Below the pieces are notes generated by a model. The model did not search any database. It had not been told where the DNA came from and was given only the letters and a program-made list of their open reading frames with translations. A stretch of 32,000 nucleotides of DNA from Pseudodesulfovibrio piezophilus C1TLV30 (GTDB taxonomy: Bacteria; Desulfobacterota; Desulfovibrionia; Desulfovibrionales; Desulfovibrionaceae): positions 2,550,001 to 2,582,000 of the forward strand of contig NC_020409.1 in the NCBI RefSeq assembly GCF_000341895.1, given 5' to 3'. Within the stretch, counting starts at the first letter, position 1. The number at the start of each line of letters is the position of its first letter. The position numbers and the translations under genes are program-made. Below are positions 7,824 to 15,739 of this stretch, one piece after another.

Positions 7824-8960
7824 ATGCGTCGTCTTGTCCTGATTCTTTTTTGTCTTCCCTTGTTGTTGATGGGATGTTTTGGTTCGCCCAGACCTCTGGG
7901 GACGAGTGCAGGGCTGACTGAGCAGGAAATCGCGCTGCAGCGGCGGGAAGCTTCGGCTTCTGATGCGCTGGCCAAAGCGCTTCAACTCTATCACAATGAA
8001 GAATTTCTTGATGTCGAAACAGCCAAGGAATACCTGGATCAGGCCATTCAGCTTGATCCGACTCTTGTGCCTGCGAGGCAGTATCGGGCCATGCTTCTGT
8101 TGGGTCAGAATCGATTGGATGAAGCTTTGATCGATGCCGAGGAAGTTCTGAAGGTAAAACCGGATCATACCAAAGCGCAATTTACAGTGGGCTTTATCCA
8201 GTACAACAAAGGTGAATACCGGGCCGCTATCAGGGCTTTTTCCAAGGTTGTGAAGCTGGATCGGAATATTTCCGAAGCGTATGCCCTGCGCGGAGCCTCC
8301 TACAGCCGCCTCGGACATTTTCAGGACGCCATCAAAGACTTCAGCCGGACACTCGCCATGAATCCCGCGCATAGGGAAGCGTACTACAACCGGGGTCTCG
8401 CCAATATGCAGCTGGGCAATCTCGTCCGCGCTATTTATGATCTGACCCAAGCTCTGACTCTCGATTCCCAATCCATTGAAACGTTGACGGCGCGGGCCGC
8501 TGCCTATAGCAAGCTCGGTCAGTTTGACAAGGCTGTGGAGGATTTTCAGAGGGCTGTCGATTTGGCTCCTTCTGACAATATGCTCCATGCTCTTCTTGCC
8601 GATACGCAAGCCTCGAATGGGAATTATGAGGCCGCAAAGCAGTCTGCGGACAAGGCCGCTCTGCTCGCTGAAGCTCTTGGCGATGACGAGCTTGTGCGAG
8701 TGTACAAAGGGATGGCTGCCGATTTTGCAGCCAAGGCTCTCTCGCCTCCTGTTTCGCCTCGCTCGAAAACAGGAATCCCCGATAAAAAGGGAGTCCCTGT
8801 TCCGGGACAATCCCTTCTCCCGACGGATGGAGTGAAGGGTAGCCCTGAAGCCTTGGCTGGGAACACATCTCGGAGAGCCATCCAGACGGATTCTGATGCC
8901 GTCTCCGCTGTGGGGTCGAAGTCGAAATTCCGGTCGGCTCCGGGAGCGGAAACGGATTGA
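7824..8960 (+). CDS. TPR-repeat lipoprotein
   Basis: The track ORF starts at 7503 and overlaps terL. The ATG at 7824 gives MRRLVLILFCLPLLLMGC, a signal peptide with an L-L-M-G-C lipobox. Multiple 34-aa TPR units follow (for example AYALRGASYSRLGHFQDAIKDFSRTLAMNPAHREAYYNRG). The C-terminus is Pro/Ser-rich. A TTGACG-17-TATTTC promoter lies at 7790-7818. Confidence 0.85.
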   Translation: MRRLVLILFCLPLLLMGCFGSPRPLGTSAGLTEQEIALQRREASASDALAKALQLYHNEEFLDVETAKEYLDQAIQLDPTLVPARQYRAMLLLGQNRLDEALIDAEEVLKVKPDHTKAQFTVGFIQYNKGEYRAAIRAFSKVVKLDRNISEAYALRGASYSRLGHFQDAIKDFSRTLAMNPAHREAYYNRGLANMQLGNLVRAIYDLTQALTLDSQSIETLTARAAAYSKLGQFDKAVEDFQRAVDLAPSDNMLHALLADTQASNGNYEAAKQSADKAALLAEALGDDELVRVYKGMAADFAAKALSPPVSPRSKTGIPDKKGVPVPGQSLLPTDGVKGSPEALAGNTSRRAIQTDSDAVSAVGSKSKFRSAPGAETD

Positions 8961-8964
8961 GGGA

Positions 8965-9177
8965 TTATTTGAGTATTTCATAAATGACCCTTGCACCGAC
9001 TCCGCCGACAGTGGCCATGCAGCCCCAGACCATCTTCTCCAATGTCGAAATCTTGACGTGATGACTGGCACACCTTCGGGCCAGATTGATTTCCCGGATG
9101 TCTTCCTGAATCGTCTTGACCCGTTCATCTATTCGGATCAGCAGGTCCTGCAGATCTTCCCTTTCCATAGCTGTCAT
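8965..9177 (-). CDS. Small coiled-coil protein with a C-terminal TM helix (XhlA-like architecture; lysis accessory?)
   Basis: 70 aa with an ATGA overlap onto the upstream holin-like gene. The N-terminus is a coiled coil (EREDLQDLLIRIDERVKTIQEDIREIN). The C-terminus is hydrophobic (MVWGCMATVGGVGARVIYEIL). Confidence 0.5.
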   Translation of the reverse strand: MTAMEREDLQDLLIRIDERVKTIQEDIREINLARRCASHHVKISTLEKMVWGCMATVGGVGARVIYEILK

Positions 9178-9581
9178 TTGGGTGCTCCGAAGGCGTCCTT
9201 GATTCCCCTGAGCGTGCTGGGCAGGTAATCGCCTATCTTTTTAACGCCCAGCACGGCTGCCACGATCCAGAAAGTGACCTGAAGAAACCAATCCGGTAGG
9301 TTCTCCCACGCGGCAATGACATGGGCGGCTTGTTCCGGGGCTACCCCGGACCATATGAAGAAGCCGATCCAGGCGAAGAACAGCACGTCGTCCTTCCAAC
9401 CCGCGTTTTCCAATTGTTTCATTTCCCATTCGTGGTTGAATTCCTGATCGCTTTTTGCCAGGCGCATGCGATTTTCCATGACAGTCTGTTTCAACACCTG
9501 TTTTTGTTTCATGTGGCCGGTAATACCTTCCACGACAGTGGTCAGCAGTCCGGCCACGGCTCCGATGATTGGTATGGGCAT
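9174..9581 (-). CDS. Putative holin (architecture resembles the 3TM / GTA-type holin family)
   Basis: 135 aa with an AAGGAGA RBS. The N-terminus is hydrophobic (PIPIIGAVAGLLTTVV). An amphipathic, charged helix follows. Two TM segments come last (VLFFAWIGFFIWSGV and WFLQVTFWIVAAVLGV). The family assignment comes from architecture and memory only. Confidence 0.5.
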   Translation of the reverse strand: MPIPIIGAVAGLLTTVVEGITGHMKQKQVLKQTVMENRMRLAKSDQEFNHEWEMKQLENAGWKDDVLFFAWIGFFIWSGVAPEQAAHVIAAWENLPDWFLQVTFWIVAAVLGVKKIGDYLPSTLRGIKDAFGAPK

Positions 9582-9616
9582 GGCGTCTCTCCTTGTTTTT
9601 CCTCAAGCACGCCGCA

Positions 9617-9709
9617 GTGTATCCCCGGTTTTTGGGCCAGGACACCAGCGGGTGTAGAAGGGATGAAATGGGGTGAAAACGGATGAAAAAAGACGGTTGA
9701 CACGGATTG
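9617..9709 (-). promoter_or_regulatory. Conserved upstream regulatory module, copy C (lysis-like operon)
   Basis: Read on the plus strand, the module runs in this order:
- gtgtatccccGGTTTT (GGTTTT at 9627-9632)
- GGGTGTAGAAGGG (9650-9662)
- GGGATGAAATGGG (9660-9672)
- GGGTGAAAACGG (9671-9682)
- GGATGAAAAAAG (9681-9692)
- GGTTGACACGGATTG (9695-9709)
The repeats are phased ~10 nt apart. The module lies 36-128 nt upstream of the ATG at 9581. Confidence 0.55.
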
Positions 9710-9732
9710 CCTCAAAGGGTGATGTCTCCTTC

Positions 9733-10767
9733 ATGCAAACCACGGAACCATCTCTTGCGACCAGACTGTCCGAGCCGTTGAATATCGGTGGAAAAAAGGT
9801 TGCCAATCGTCTCTGGCTAGCCCCCATGGCCGGACTGGGGCATGTGGCCTATCGTGAAGTTCTGGAAGAGTATGGTGGGTGTGGATTGATGTTCACGGAG
9901 ATGTGCTCGGCCAAGGCTGTGCCCATGGAAAATCGGCGTGTCTCTCCTGTTTTTCGCTGGCGGGACGAAGAACTCCCCAAGCTGGTTTGTCAGATCGTGG
10001 GAGCGACTCCGGATGAGATGATTCCGGCCGCACGGCGTGTGGAAGCAGAGGGCTTTTTCGGTATTGATATCAACATGGGATGTTCGGTTCCGGGGATCGT
10101 CAAGCGTCATGCGGGAGCCGCTCTGCTCAAGTCTCCTGAGAAAGCTCTCGCTGTGATTGAAGCTGTCCGCACCGCAGTGACCCTGCCTCTTTTCGTCAAG
10201 TTCAGGACTGGCTGGATCCCGGATATTCGTCCAGCAGTCGCCCTTGCCAGACAGTTCGAATCAGCCGGAGTGGACTGCCTTGTTTTTCATCCTCGTGTGG
10301 CTCCGGATAAGCGGACCCGCCCAGCCGTTCTCGACCATATCCGTTCGATCAAGGATGCTGTATCGATCCCGGTTATTGGCAATGGAGACGTCGTTACGAG
10401 GGAGGAATGCGCCCATATGCTTGAATCGACCGGATGTGACGGTATCTCCGTCGGACGCATGGCCATGGCCAGGCCATGGCTTTTTGCCGAATGGACTCGC
10501 GGCTATCAGCCTTCTGAAGCAGAGTTCGGTCAGTATGCCATTCGGTTGGCCGATGCCCTGGAAGCTCGGTATGATCCTGTCAGGGCTTTGAAACGTTACA
10601 AATTATTTACCGTTTATTTTGCAGCGAATTTTACCTTTGGTCACAGTCTGCAATCAAAATTCCTGGCAGCCAAGTCCATGGCTCAGATACGGGCGGTTGC
10701 CCGACAGCATGTCCGACCCGACATGCAATTATCCGGCAGACCGAACATGAATCTTTACAACACGTAG
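9733..10767 (+). CDS. dus: tRNA-dihydrouridine synthase (Dus family)
   Basis: Dus-family motifs are present: LAPMAGLGHVAYREV, GLMFTEM, GIDINMGCSVP, VKFRTGW and IPVIGNGDV. The track start GTG at 9673 runs through the repeat array. The ATG at 9733 gives a typical Dus N-terminus. Confidence 0.9.
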   Translation: MQTTEPSLATRLSEPLNIGGKKVANRLWLAPMAGLGHVAYREVLEEYGGCGLMFTEMCSAKAVPMENRRVSPVFRWRDEELPKLVCQIVGATPDEMIPAARRVEAEGFFGIDINMGCSVPGIVKRHAGAALLKSPEKALAVIEAVRTAVTLPLFVKFRTGWIPDIRPAVALARQFESAGVDCLVFHPRVAPDKRTRPAVLDHIRSIKDAVSIPVIGNGDVVTREECAHMLESTGCDGISVGRMAMARPWLFAEWTRGYQPSEAEFGQYAIRLADALEARYDPVRALKRYKLFTVYFAANFTFGHSLQSKFLAAKSMAQIRAVARQHVRPDMQLSGRPNMNLYNT

Positions 10768-10776
10768 GAGAGGCTC

Positions 10777-11412
10777 ATGCGTGTTATTGACCTGACCCAC
10801 GTTATGCGCACGGATATGCCGGTTTATCCCGGTGATGGTCCCGTTCTTGTTCACAAGACTCATATTGTGGACCGAGATGGATTTGCTCAGACTCACCTCG
10901 CCACCAATACGCATGCCGGGACTCATATTGATATCGCATCCCATCTTTATGATGACGCACCTGGACTTGACTGGCTCGGCCCGGATAATTTTACCGGGCG
11001 GGGAGCTGTCGTGGAGTGTCTTGCCTGTGATGGTCGGCTGATTGAGCCTGCTGATATCGCTGTACCAGAGGGGCTGGGCGGGGTGGATTTCATCCTCATC
11101 AGAACGGCATGGGATCGCCATTGGGAGACGGAAAAATACTATGGAGAGTATCCAGTCCTTTCCAAAACAGCCTGCCGCTATCTCGGTGGGCTGGAACTCA
11201 AAGGTATCGGCCTGGATACCCCTTCTCCTGATTCTCTGGGAGCAAATTCCCTTGTCGCTCATGAGACTCTTTTCGCTCATGGATTGGTCATAGTTGAGAA
11301 TCTGTGCAATCTTGAAGAGCTTCCTTCAGAAGGTTTCATCTTTAGTTGTCTGCCGTTGCGACTGAGGGACACGGAAGCCAGTCCTGTTCGGGCCGTGGGC
11401 ATGGTTTTCTGA
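10777..11412 (+). CDS. Cyclase-family protein (kynurenine formamidase-like)
   Basis: 211 aa carrying the HAGTHIDIASH metal-binding motif of the putative cyclase family. A GGAGAGG RBS precedes it, and it starts 9 nt after the dus stop. Confidence 0.85.
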   Translation: MRVIDLTHVMRTDMPVYPGDGPVLVHKTHIVDRDGFAQTHLATNTHAGTHIDIASHLYDDAPGLDWLGPDNFTGRGAVVECLACDGRLIEPADIAVPEGLGGVDFILIRTAWDRHWETEKYYGEYPVLSKTACRYLGGLELKGIGLDTPSPDSLGANSLVAHETLFAHGLVIVENLCNLEELPSEGFIFSCLPLRLRDTEASPVRAVGMVF

Positions 11413-11512
11413 TCTCACAAGTTCGAGCCTTCATGATTCAGCCATGTTTGTGTGTTCAAAAATGTATAGACCTCAGGAGGCTGCGAGAATAGGTTTGCCT
11501 GGGAGAGATGTC

Positions 11513-12397
11513 ATGGAAAAATCATTGTCTTACGTTTATATACTGCTCATCAGCAGTATGGCGTTGTGGGGCGGAACCTGGGTGGCAGGACGTATCCTTG
11601 CCCAGTCGATTCAGCCTATGCCTGCAGCCTTTCTTCGCTTTGCTTTGGCTTCAATTCTCTTGATTATCATGTGTTGGCGGGCTGAAGGACGTATGCCCCG
11701 GATTCGGCGGAAGCAGATTCTGCCACTTGCATTTCTCGGTGCCTCAGGAGTCTTCACCTACAGTTATTTTTTCTTTTCCGGCCTTCAGACTGTCGCAGCC
11801 GGAAGGGCTGCTCTCATTGTGGCCTGTATCCCGGTTTGCATTTCAATTATTTCAGCAGTCTTTTACAGAGAAAAATTTGGTCCGGCACGAGTTGTGGGAG
11901 CTTTGATCTCTCTTGCCGGGGTTTCCATGGTCATTTCTGATGGAAATCCCCTGAATCTGCTTTCCGGTGGTGTCAGTCGAGGGGATTTCATGATCCTTGG
12001 GTGTGTGGTGAGTTGGACTGCCTATTCGCTTGGCGGGCGTGCGGTCATGAAAAGCGTCGCTCCTCTTCCAGCCGTGGCATGGTCGTCTCTTTTCGGGACC
12101 ATGATGCTCTTCCCTGCTGCTCTGGCTGAAGGCCTGATACATGATGTGACCAATGCCCGGTTGCTAGACTGGGGATGCATTCTCTATCTTGGAGCATTGG
12201 CGACCGCGTTGGCCTATTTTTGGTATTATCAGGCTATTGCAACCATTGGGGCCAGCCGTTCTGGGATTTTTATCAACACTGTCCCGGTCTTTGCCGTCAT
12301 TCTGGGGTTTCTTATATTGGGAGAACCCATTCACTTTTCCCTGATTACAGGCGGGGTTATGGTCATTACTGGAGTCTATCTGACTAACCGTCCGTAA
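11513..12397 (+). CDS. EamA/DMT-family transporter
   Basis: About ten hydrophobic helices in two EamA-like halves. The ATG at 11513 follows a GGGAGAG RBS (the track ORF starts at 11444). Confidence 0.85.
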   Translation: MEKSLSYVYILLISSMALWGGTWVAGRILAQSIQPMPAAFLRFALASILLIIMCWRAEGRMPRIRRKQILPLAFLGASGVFTYSYFFFSGLQTVAAGRAALIVACIPVCISIISAVFYREKFGPARVVGALISLAGVSMVISDGNPLNLLSGGVSRGDFMILGCVVSWTAYSLGGRAVMKSVAPLPAVAWSSLFGTMMLFPAALAEGLIHDVTNARLLDWGCILYLGALATALAYFWYYQAIATIGASRSGIFINTVPVFAVILGFLILGEPIHFSLITGGVMVITGVYLTNRP

Positions 12398-12515
12398 CTC
12401 TCTTGAAGCATGGTGGCGATCTTGATGCTCCTTGAGACGACAGGGCGGGTGTTTTTGGTTCAGGAAAAACTATTGACGAATATTTTCCACCTCGTGGTGG
12501 AGTGAGGAGAGTCTC

Positions 12516-12725
12516 ATGGAAGAGCGCGTTGAACGTCTGGAAAATCTGGTAACGCTCCAGGAAAGAACGATTGAGAAATTAAGTGATGCTGTTTTCGAAC
12601 AACACCAGCAGATAGCAACTCTGGAAAAAATGGTGGAACGGCTCGCTGGGAAGTTGCGTGATATTGACGCGGCGTTGGATGATTCCGGGATAGCTGATGT
12701 CCCACCTCCGCATTACAACGGGTAG
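12516..12725 (+). CDS. slyX: SlyX-family protein
   Basis: 69-aa coiled coil, ERVERLENLVTLQERTIEKLSDAVFEQHQQIATLEKMVERL, ending in VPPPHY. This is the typical SlyX layout. Confidence 0.85.
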   Translation: MEERVERLENLVTLQERTIEKLSDAVFEQHQQIATLEKMVERLAGKLRDIDAALDDSGIADVPPPHYNG

Positions 12726-12740
12726 TGTTCGATCACTGTA

Positions 12741-12792
12741 TGAATTCTATATAATTATTTGTTTTATCAAAATAAAATATTTTTAATATAAT
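12741..12792 (+). promoter_or_regulatory. AT-rich island with an orphan sigma70-like promoter
   Basis: Only 4 G/C in 52 nt. TTATCA (12764-12769), 17-nt spacer, perfect TATAAT (12787-12792). A second TATAAT lies at 12750-12755. The island sits between two convergent 3' ends, so no annotated gene lies downstream. Confidence 0.35.
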
Positions 12793-12957
12793 CGGTACCC
12801 AGGGGACACCCTCTTTTGTCTTCTTGATTGATACCTGTTTTCGAATGCCCCAGTTGGGGGTACTGTCGTTGAGAATCTAAAAATGAGCACATGATATCCA
12901 CAGCACAAATGGTTCTTCATGTTCGTGCGTCCCGAGATATTATTTTTTTTTCAGAAA

Positions 12958-12987
12958 AAGAGGCGCCTTCTCATGAAAGCGCCTCTT
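12958..12987 (-). terminator. Rho-independent terminator of the tail module
   Basis: AAGAGGCGC (12958-12966) pairs with GCGCCTCTT (12979-12987). On the minus strand the stem is followed by TTTTTCTG and a further A/T run. It begins 3 nt after the chaperone stop. Confidence 0.7.
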
Positions 12988-12989
12988 GA

Positions 12990-13427
12990 CTATTCTGTCT
13001 CAGGTTGTTCCGGCCATTCTATGAAAGAGGGAAATCCTTCCTGTTGGGGGATATCTCTCAATGCCTGCCTGTAGCTTTGCCATAGAACCATGGCTTCTGT
13101 GTCCAAGCACGAATCGACCAGTTGGGTCCAATCTGACTGTGCCAGCAATCTGTCCCTTTTTTTGCGCGTCAATACGGCTTTATCTGCTGATTGAGCCTCT
13201 TCATCTGTGGTCGTGGCAAGAATTTCTTCCCGGTAGATGAGGTCTTCCCCTTTGACCCATCTCGTTTGATAGGTGGTGTAGGGTTTTCGCGTAATCGGAA
13301 AAGCCTCGTTGTATCCGGCCTCATCCCATTCCGTCCGATTCAGGTCACCGAATCGGCGAGTGTATCCTCGGAAAGTGACCACGGCAGGTGGTGTTGTTTT
13401 GAAGTGTCCATCGTGATAGCGAAACAT
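12990..13427 (-). CDS. Tail fibre assembly chaperone
   Basis: The ATG at 13427 follows a GGAG RBS (the track ORF starts at 13508), giving 145 aa. The C-terminal segment KRDRLLAQSDWTQLVDSCLDTEAMVLWQSYRQALRDIPQQEGFPSFIEWPEQP matches the conserved tail-fibre-chaperone C-terminus (SDW...W..YRQ.LRD.P...GFP..I.WP). Confidence 0.7.
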   Translation of the reverse strand: MFRYHDGHFKTTPPAVVTFRGYTRRFGDLNRTEWDEAGYNEAFPITRKPYTTYQTRWVKGEDLIYREEILATTTDEEAQSADKAVLTRKKRDRLLAQSDWTQLVDSCLDTEAMVLWQSYRQALRDIPQQEGFPSFIEWPEQPETE

Positions 13428-13440
13428 ATTAATCTCCTTT

Positions 13441-15738
13441 TTAAAATGCGTTGCTGTATTTGGTTGATTCGAGCATGGCAAGGCCGACCATAAGGTTCCC
13501 TTCGCCATTGACCTGAGGATTGGTGCCGGTGATTTTTATGCCCTGACTGGAAAAGAGTGTTGAAATGTTGCTTTCCGTTGTCTCAACATCGGTCGAGTCA
13601 GGGAGAAGATAACTCGCAACAATATTTTTTTCATTTCTTGCAGAGTCGAAAAGGAAGTGGTGTCCAACCTCATCTGTGTTCTTTAATGCAAACAGTGCCC
13701 GTGGTTTGCCTCCCAAATGGACAAATGGACCATCTTCAGAGCCGTTGCCGACGTAGCTGAAAGCTTGGAAAATCGCAGAATCGGCAAAAAGATAGGCCAT
13801 ATGTTTTTGGCCGAGACCATTGACTCCAGGGTTACTTCCAACGGTGAAATGAGTGCTTGTGGGTGGAGTGTCATTCCAGATATCGCTTTTTTCTTGAGCG
13901 TTTTCCGTAGAATTGAGGAGGAGGTGTTTTTTTTCACCCAGAGCCGAATGGTAGAGTGCCCATCCCAGAGTGCCCGTTTCAAGATTTTTGACGATCATGA
14001 AAGAGGGAGGCGCTTGGAGTGCATGGGAGATATCTCTGCCGGAGGAGCCGTCACCTGTGTATTCGATCAGTTCAAATCCTTGATACGGAGCGGATTTGAG
14101 GCAGAGATCAAGAAAGGAGTTACCTGACTTGTTAATGAAGCTTGCATACCCTAAGTTGTAGCCGTCATCATTGAAAGCGGTGAGCGAATCCGTAAAGTAT
14201 GATTGGGCGGATGAAGAGTTGGTCCTGAGGTATTTGGTTGTTCCTTGGCACCGATCGAATAATCCCCAGGAATCAACAGCCCATCTGCCTTTGATGTAGA
14301 CAAAATCAGGGGCGAATTCCAATGAAGACACGGTTGTGTCGCCGCCCGTGCCGATCCGAGTCGTGATATCGAAGACTGTCGAAGATCGAAGCAGGGTAGG
14401 CTCGGGATTGGTCTTGATACACAGCGGTTTGAATCCTGTCGGAGGAGAGAAAGCAAAGATTGTTCCGCCGGAGTTCAAGGTGATTTTCTGGTCCATTGCC
14501 CCGGTGGTCACGAATGGGAGTACTCTCTGTGGCAAGCCAGTTATCATCGGGTTTACATGGTTTATCGGGTCTCCATCCTCCAACCATGAACCATTGCGCC
14601 CTATCCACATGTTATTTCCTTTGAGGGCGAATTGGAAAATGTCACCAGCTGAAAAAAATGGTGGATTCACCCATTCCGAAAACACTCCATCGGCATAATA
14701 CCCTGCCGCATCACACGAAAAATGTCCGGCCTTGTTTGCCATGTTGGTCGAAGGGCACCGGGATTCAATGGCTCCCATTGAAAGAGAAGCCGTTGAAGCA
14801 AGTGTCTCAAGGGTGCATTCCCAATATAATCCGCGCTCTGTTGCCATGGGAATGTCACCCATGGCCATGGTAAAAGAATCGTTGTTTGAAGAAATAGTTC
14901 TGTTTCCATTGGAAAAAATCAATTCATTTGTCCTGTCTAGGGAAAGGAGTCTGTTGAACGTACAATGATTGTTTGTCGGGGTATCTCCGCATTGTGCGGG
15001 ATCTCCGATTACCGTCCAGTGGTTTTCCTGTGCACTGTCATGACCGAGATTGGCTGCATCTGAAAATCGCAGATGAAAACCATTTTGCCCCAGAGTGAGA
15101 TCTTTTGATTTTCGGGGAATCCACAGCCCGGTTATAATGGATGAGTATTCTCCGAACTGATGTATGCCCTGGGGTATTCCATCCACAAAAATTATATCTG
15201 AAGCGTAGCCGTTAATCGGTGTCGTTATTAAGTGAAGTTTTCTTCCTATGTACATCTGGTAATTGATGTCGTTAACTGATGTCACTGTGTTCTGAGCGGC
15301 CATTGTGCTCGTTTCCAGTGGTACCAGGCGGTTCCCGTTGTAATAGACTCTGACTCTGTCAAGGGCGGCAGGTGCCGTTGTGTCCACCATGACTGCAAGA
15401 TGGTACCATGCGGTGGGGTCGGAAAAGACGTTCCAATCAAAAGAATATTTGAAAAGGGTGGTTCCGGCTGAGTTCGCTTGAAAAACAGAGAATTGGTTGT
15501 CATTGAGGAATATATGGAAACGAGGTTTCAAACTTGCGCTACCTGCCGTAAAGAAGCAGTGCCCAGCCGCTTCGCATGTCGTTCCCTTGAACCATCCGCT
15601 GAAGGTAAAGGTTTGCGTATTGCCTGTGGTTTGAGGAGTCCGGGCAAGATACTGTCCTGTGGATAAAAGTGCCGAATGTGACAATTCTCTTGGAAAAACA
15701 GGGATTATTTCATGATTATGTTCTTTCGGAGTGAGCAT
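13441..15738 (-). CDS. Putative distal tail fibre / receptor-binding protein with LamG-like and SPRY-like jelly-roll domains
   Basis: The ATG at 15738 sits after GGAGGCGTAAC (the track ORF starts at 15849 and overlaps the upstream gene), giving 765 aa. A LamG/concanavalin-like pattern is present (FTFSGWFKG...WYHLAVMVD...VRVYYNGNRLV). A SPRY-like pattern is present (GLYWECTLE...GDIFQFALKGNNMWIGRNGSW). Confidence 0.65.
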   Translation of the reverse strand: MLTPKEHNHEIIPVFPRELSHSALLSTGQYLARTPQTTGNTQTFTFSGWFKGTTCEAAGHCFFTAGSASLKPRFHIFLNDNQFSVFQANSAGTTLFKYSFDWNVFSDPTAWYHLAVMVDTTAPAALDRVRVYYNGNRLVPLETSTMAAQNTVTSVNDINYQMYIGRKLHLITTPINGYASDIIFVDGIPQGIHQFGEYSSIITGLWIPRKSKDLTLGQNGFHLRFSDAANLGHDSAQENHWTVIGDPAQCGDTPTNNHCTFNRLLSLDRTNELIFSNGNRTISSNNDSFTMAMGDIPMATERGLYWECTLETLASTASLSMGAIESRCPSTNMANKAGHFSCDAAGYYADGVFSEWVNPPFFSAGDIFQFALKGNNMWIGRNGSWLEDGDPINHVNPMITGLPQRVLPFVTTGAMDQKITLNSGGTIFAFSPPTGFKPLCIKTNPEPTLLRSSTVFDITTRIGTGGDTTVSSLEFAPDFVYIKGRWAVDSWGLFDRCQGTTKYLRTNSSSAQSYFTDSLTAFNDDGYNLGYASFINKSGNSFLDLCLKSAPYQGFELIEYTGDGSSGRDISHALQAPPSFMIVKNLETGTLGWALYHSALGEKKHLLLNSTENAQEKSDIWNDTPPTSTHFTVGSNPGVNGLGQKHMAYLFADSAIFQAFSYVGNGSEDGPFVHLGGKPRALFALKNTDEVGHHFLFDSARNEKNIVASYLLPDSTDVETTESNISTLFSSQGIKITGTNPQVNGEGNLMVGLAMLESTKYSNAF

Positions 15739-15739
15739 G

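Noticed and set aside
7773-9128. A 451-aa minus-strand ORF ends 4 nt upstream of the terL start. It was tempting as a small-terminase or other packaging gene.
   Set aside because: It is exactly antisense to a convincing TPR lipoprotein gene with a lipobox and regular TPR units. Its Arg/Ser/Leu-rich composition is typical of antisense frames. It also overlaps the 70-aa gene in another frame.
9673-9732. The GTG-initiated 5' extension of dus given in the ORF track.
   Set aside because: It would translate through the repeat array and add a non-Dus-like N-terminus. The ATG at 9733 gives the canonical distance to the LAPMAG motif. The start remains unproven.
12837-12849. GTTTTCGAATGCC resembles a tRNA T-loop (GGTTCGAATCC). 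It could have been a tRNA fragment marking an att site.
   Set aside because: No acceptor, D or anticodon stems can be built around it on either strand. I found no matching direct repeat at any other module boundary.
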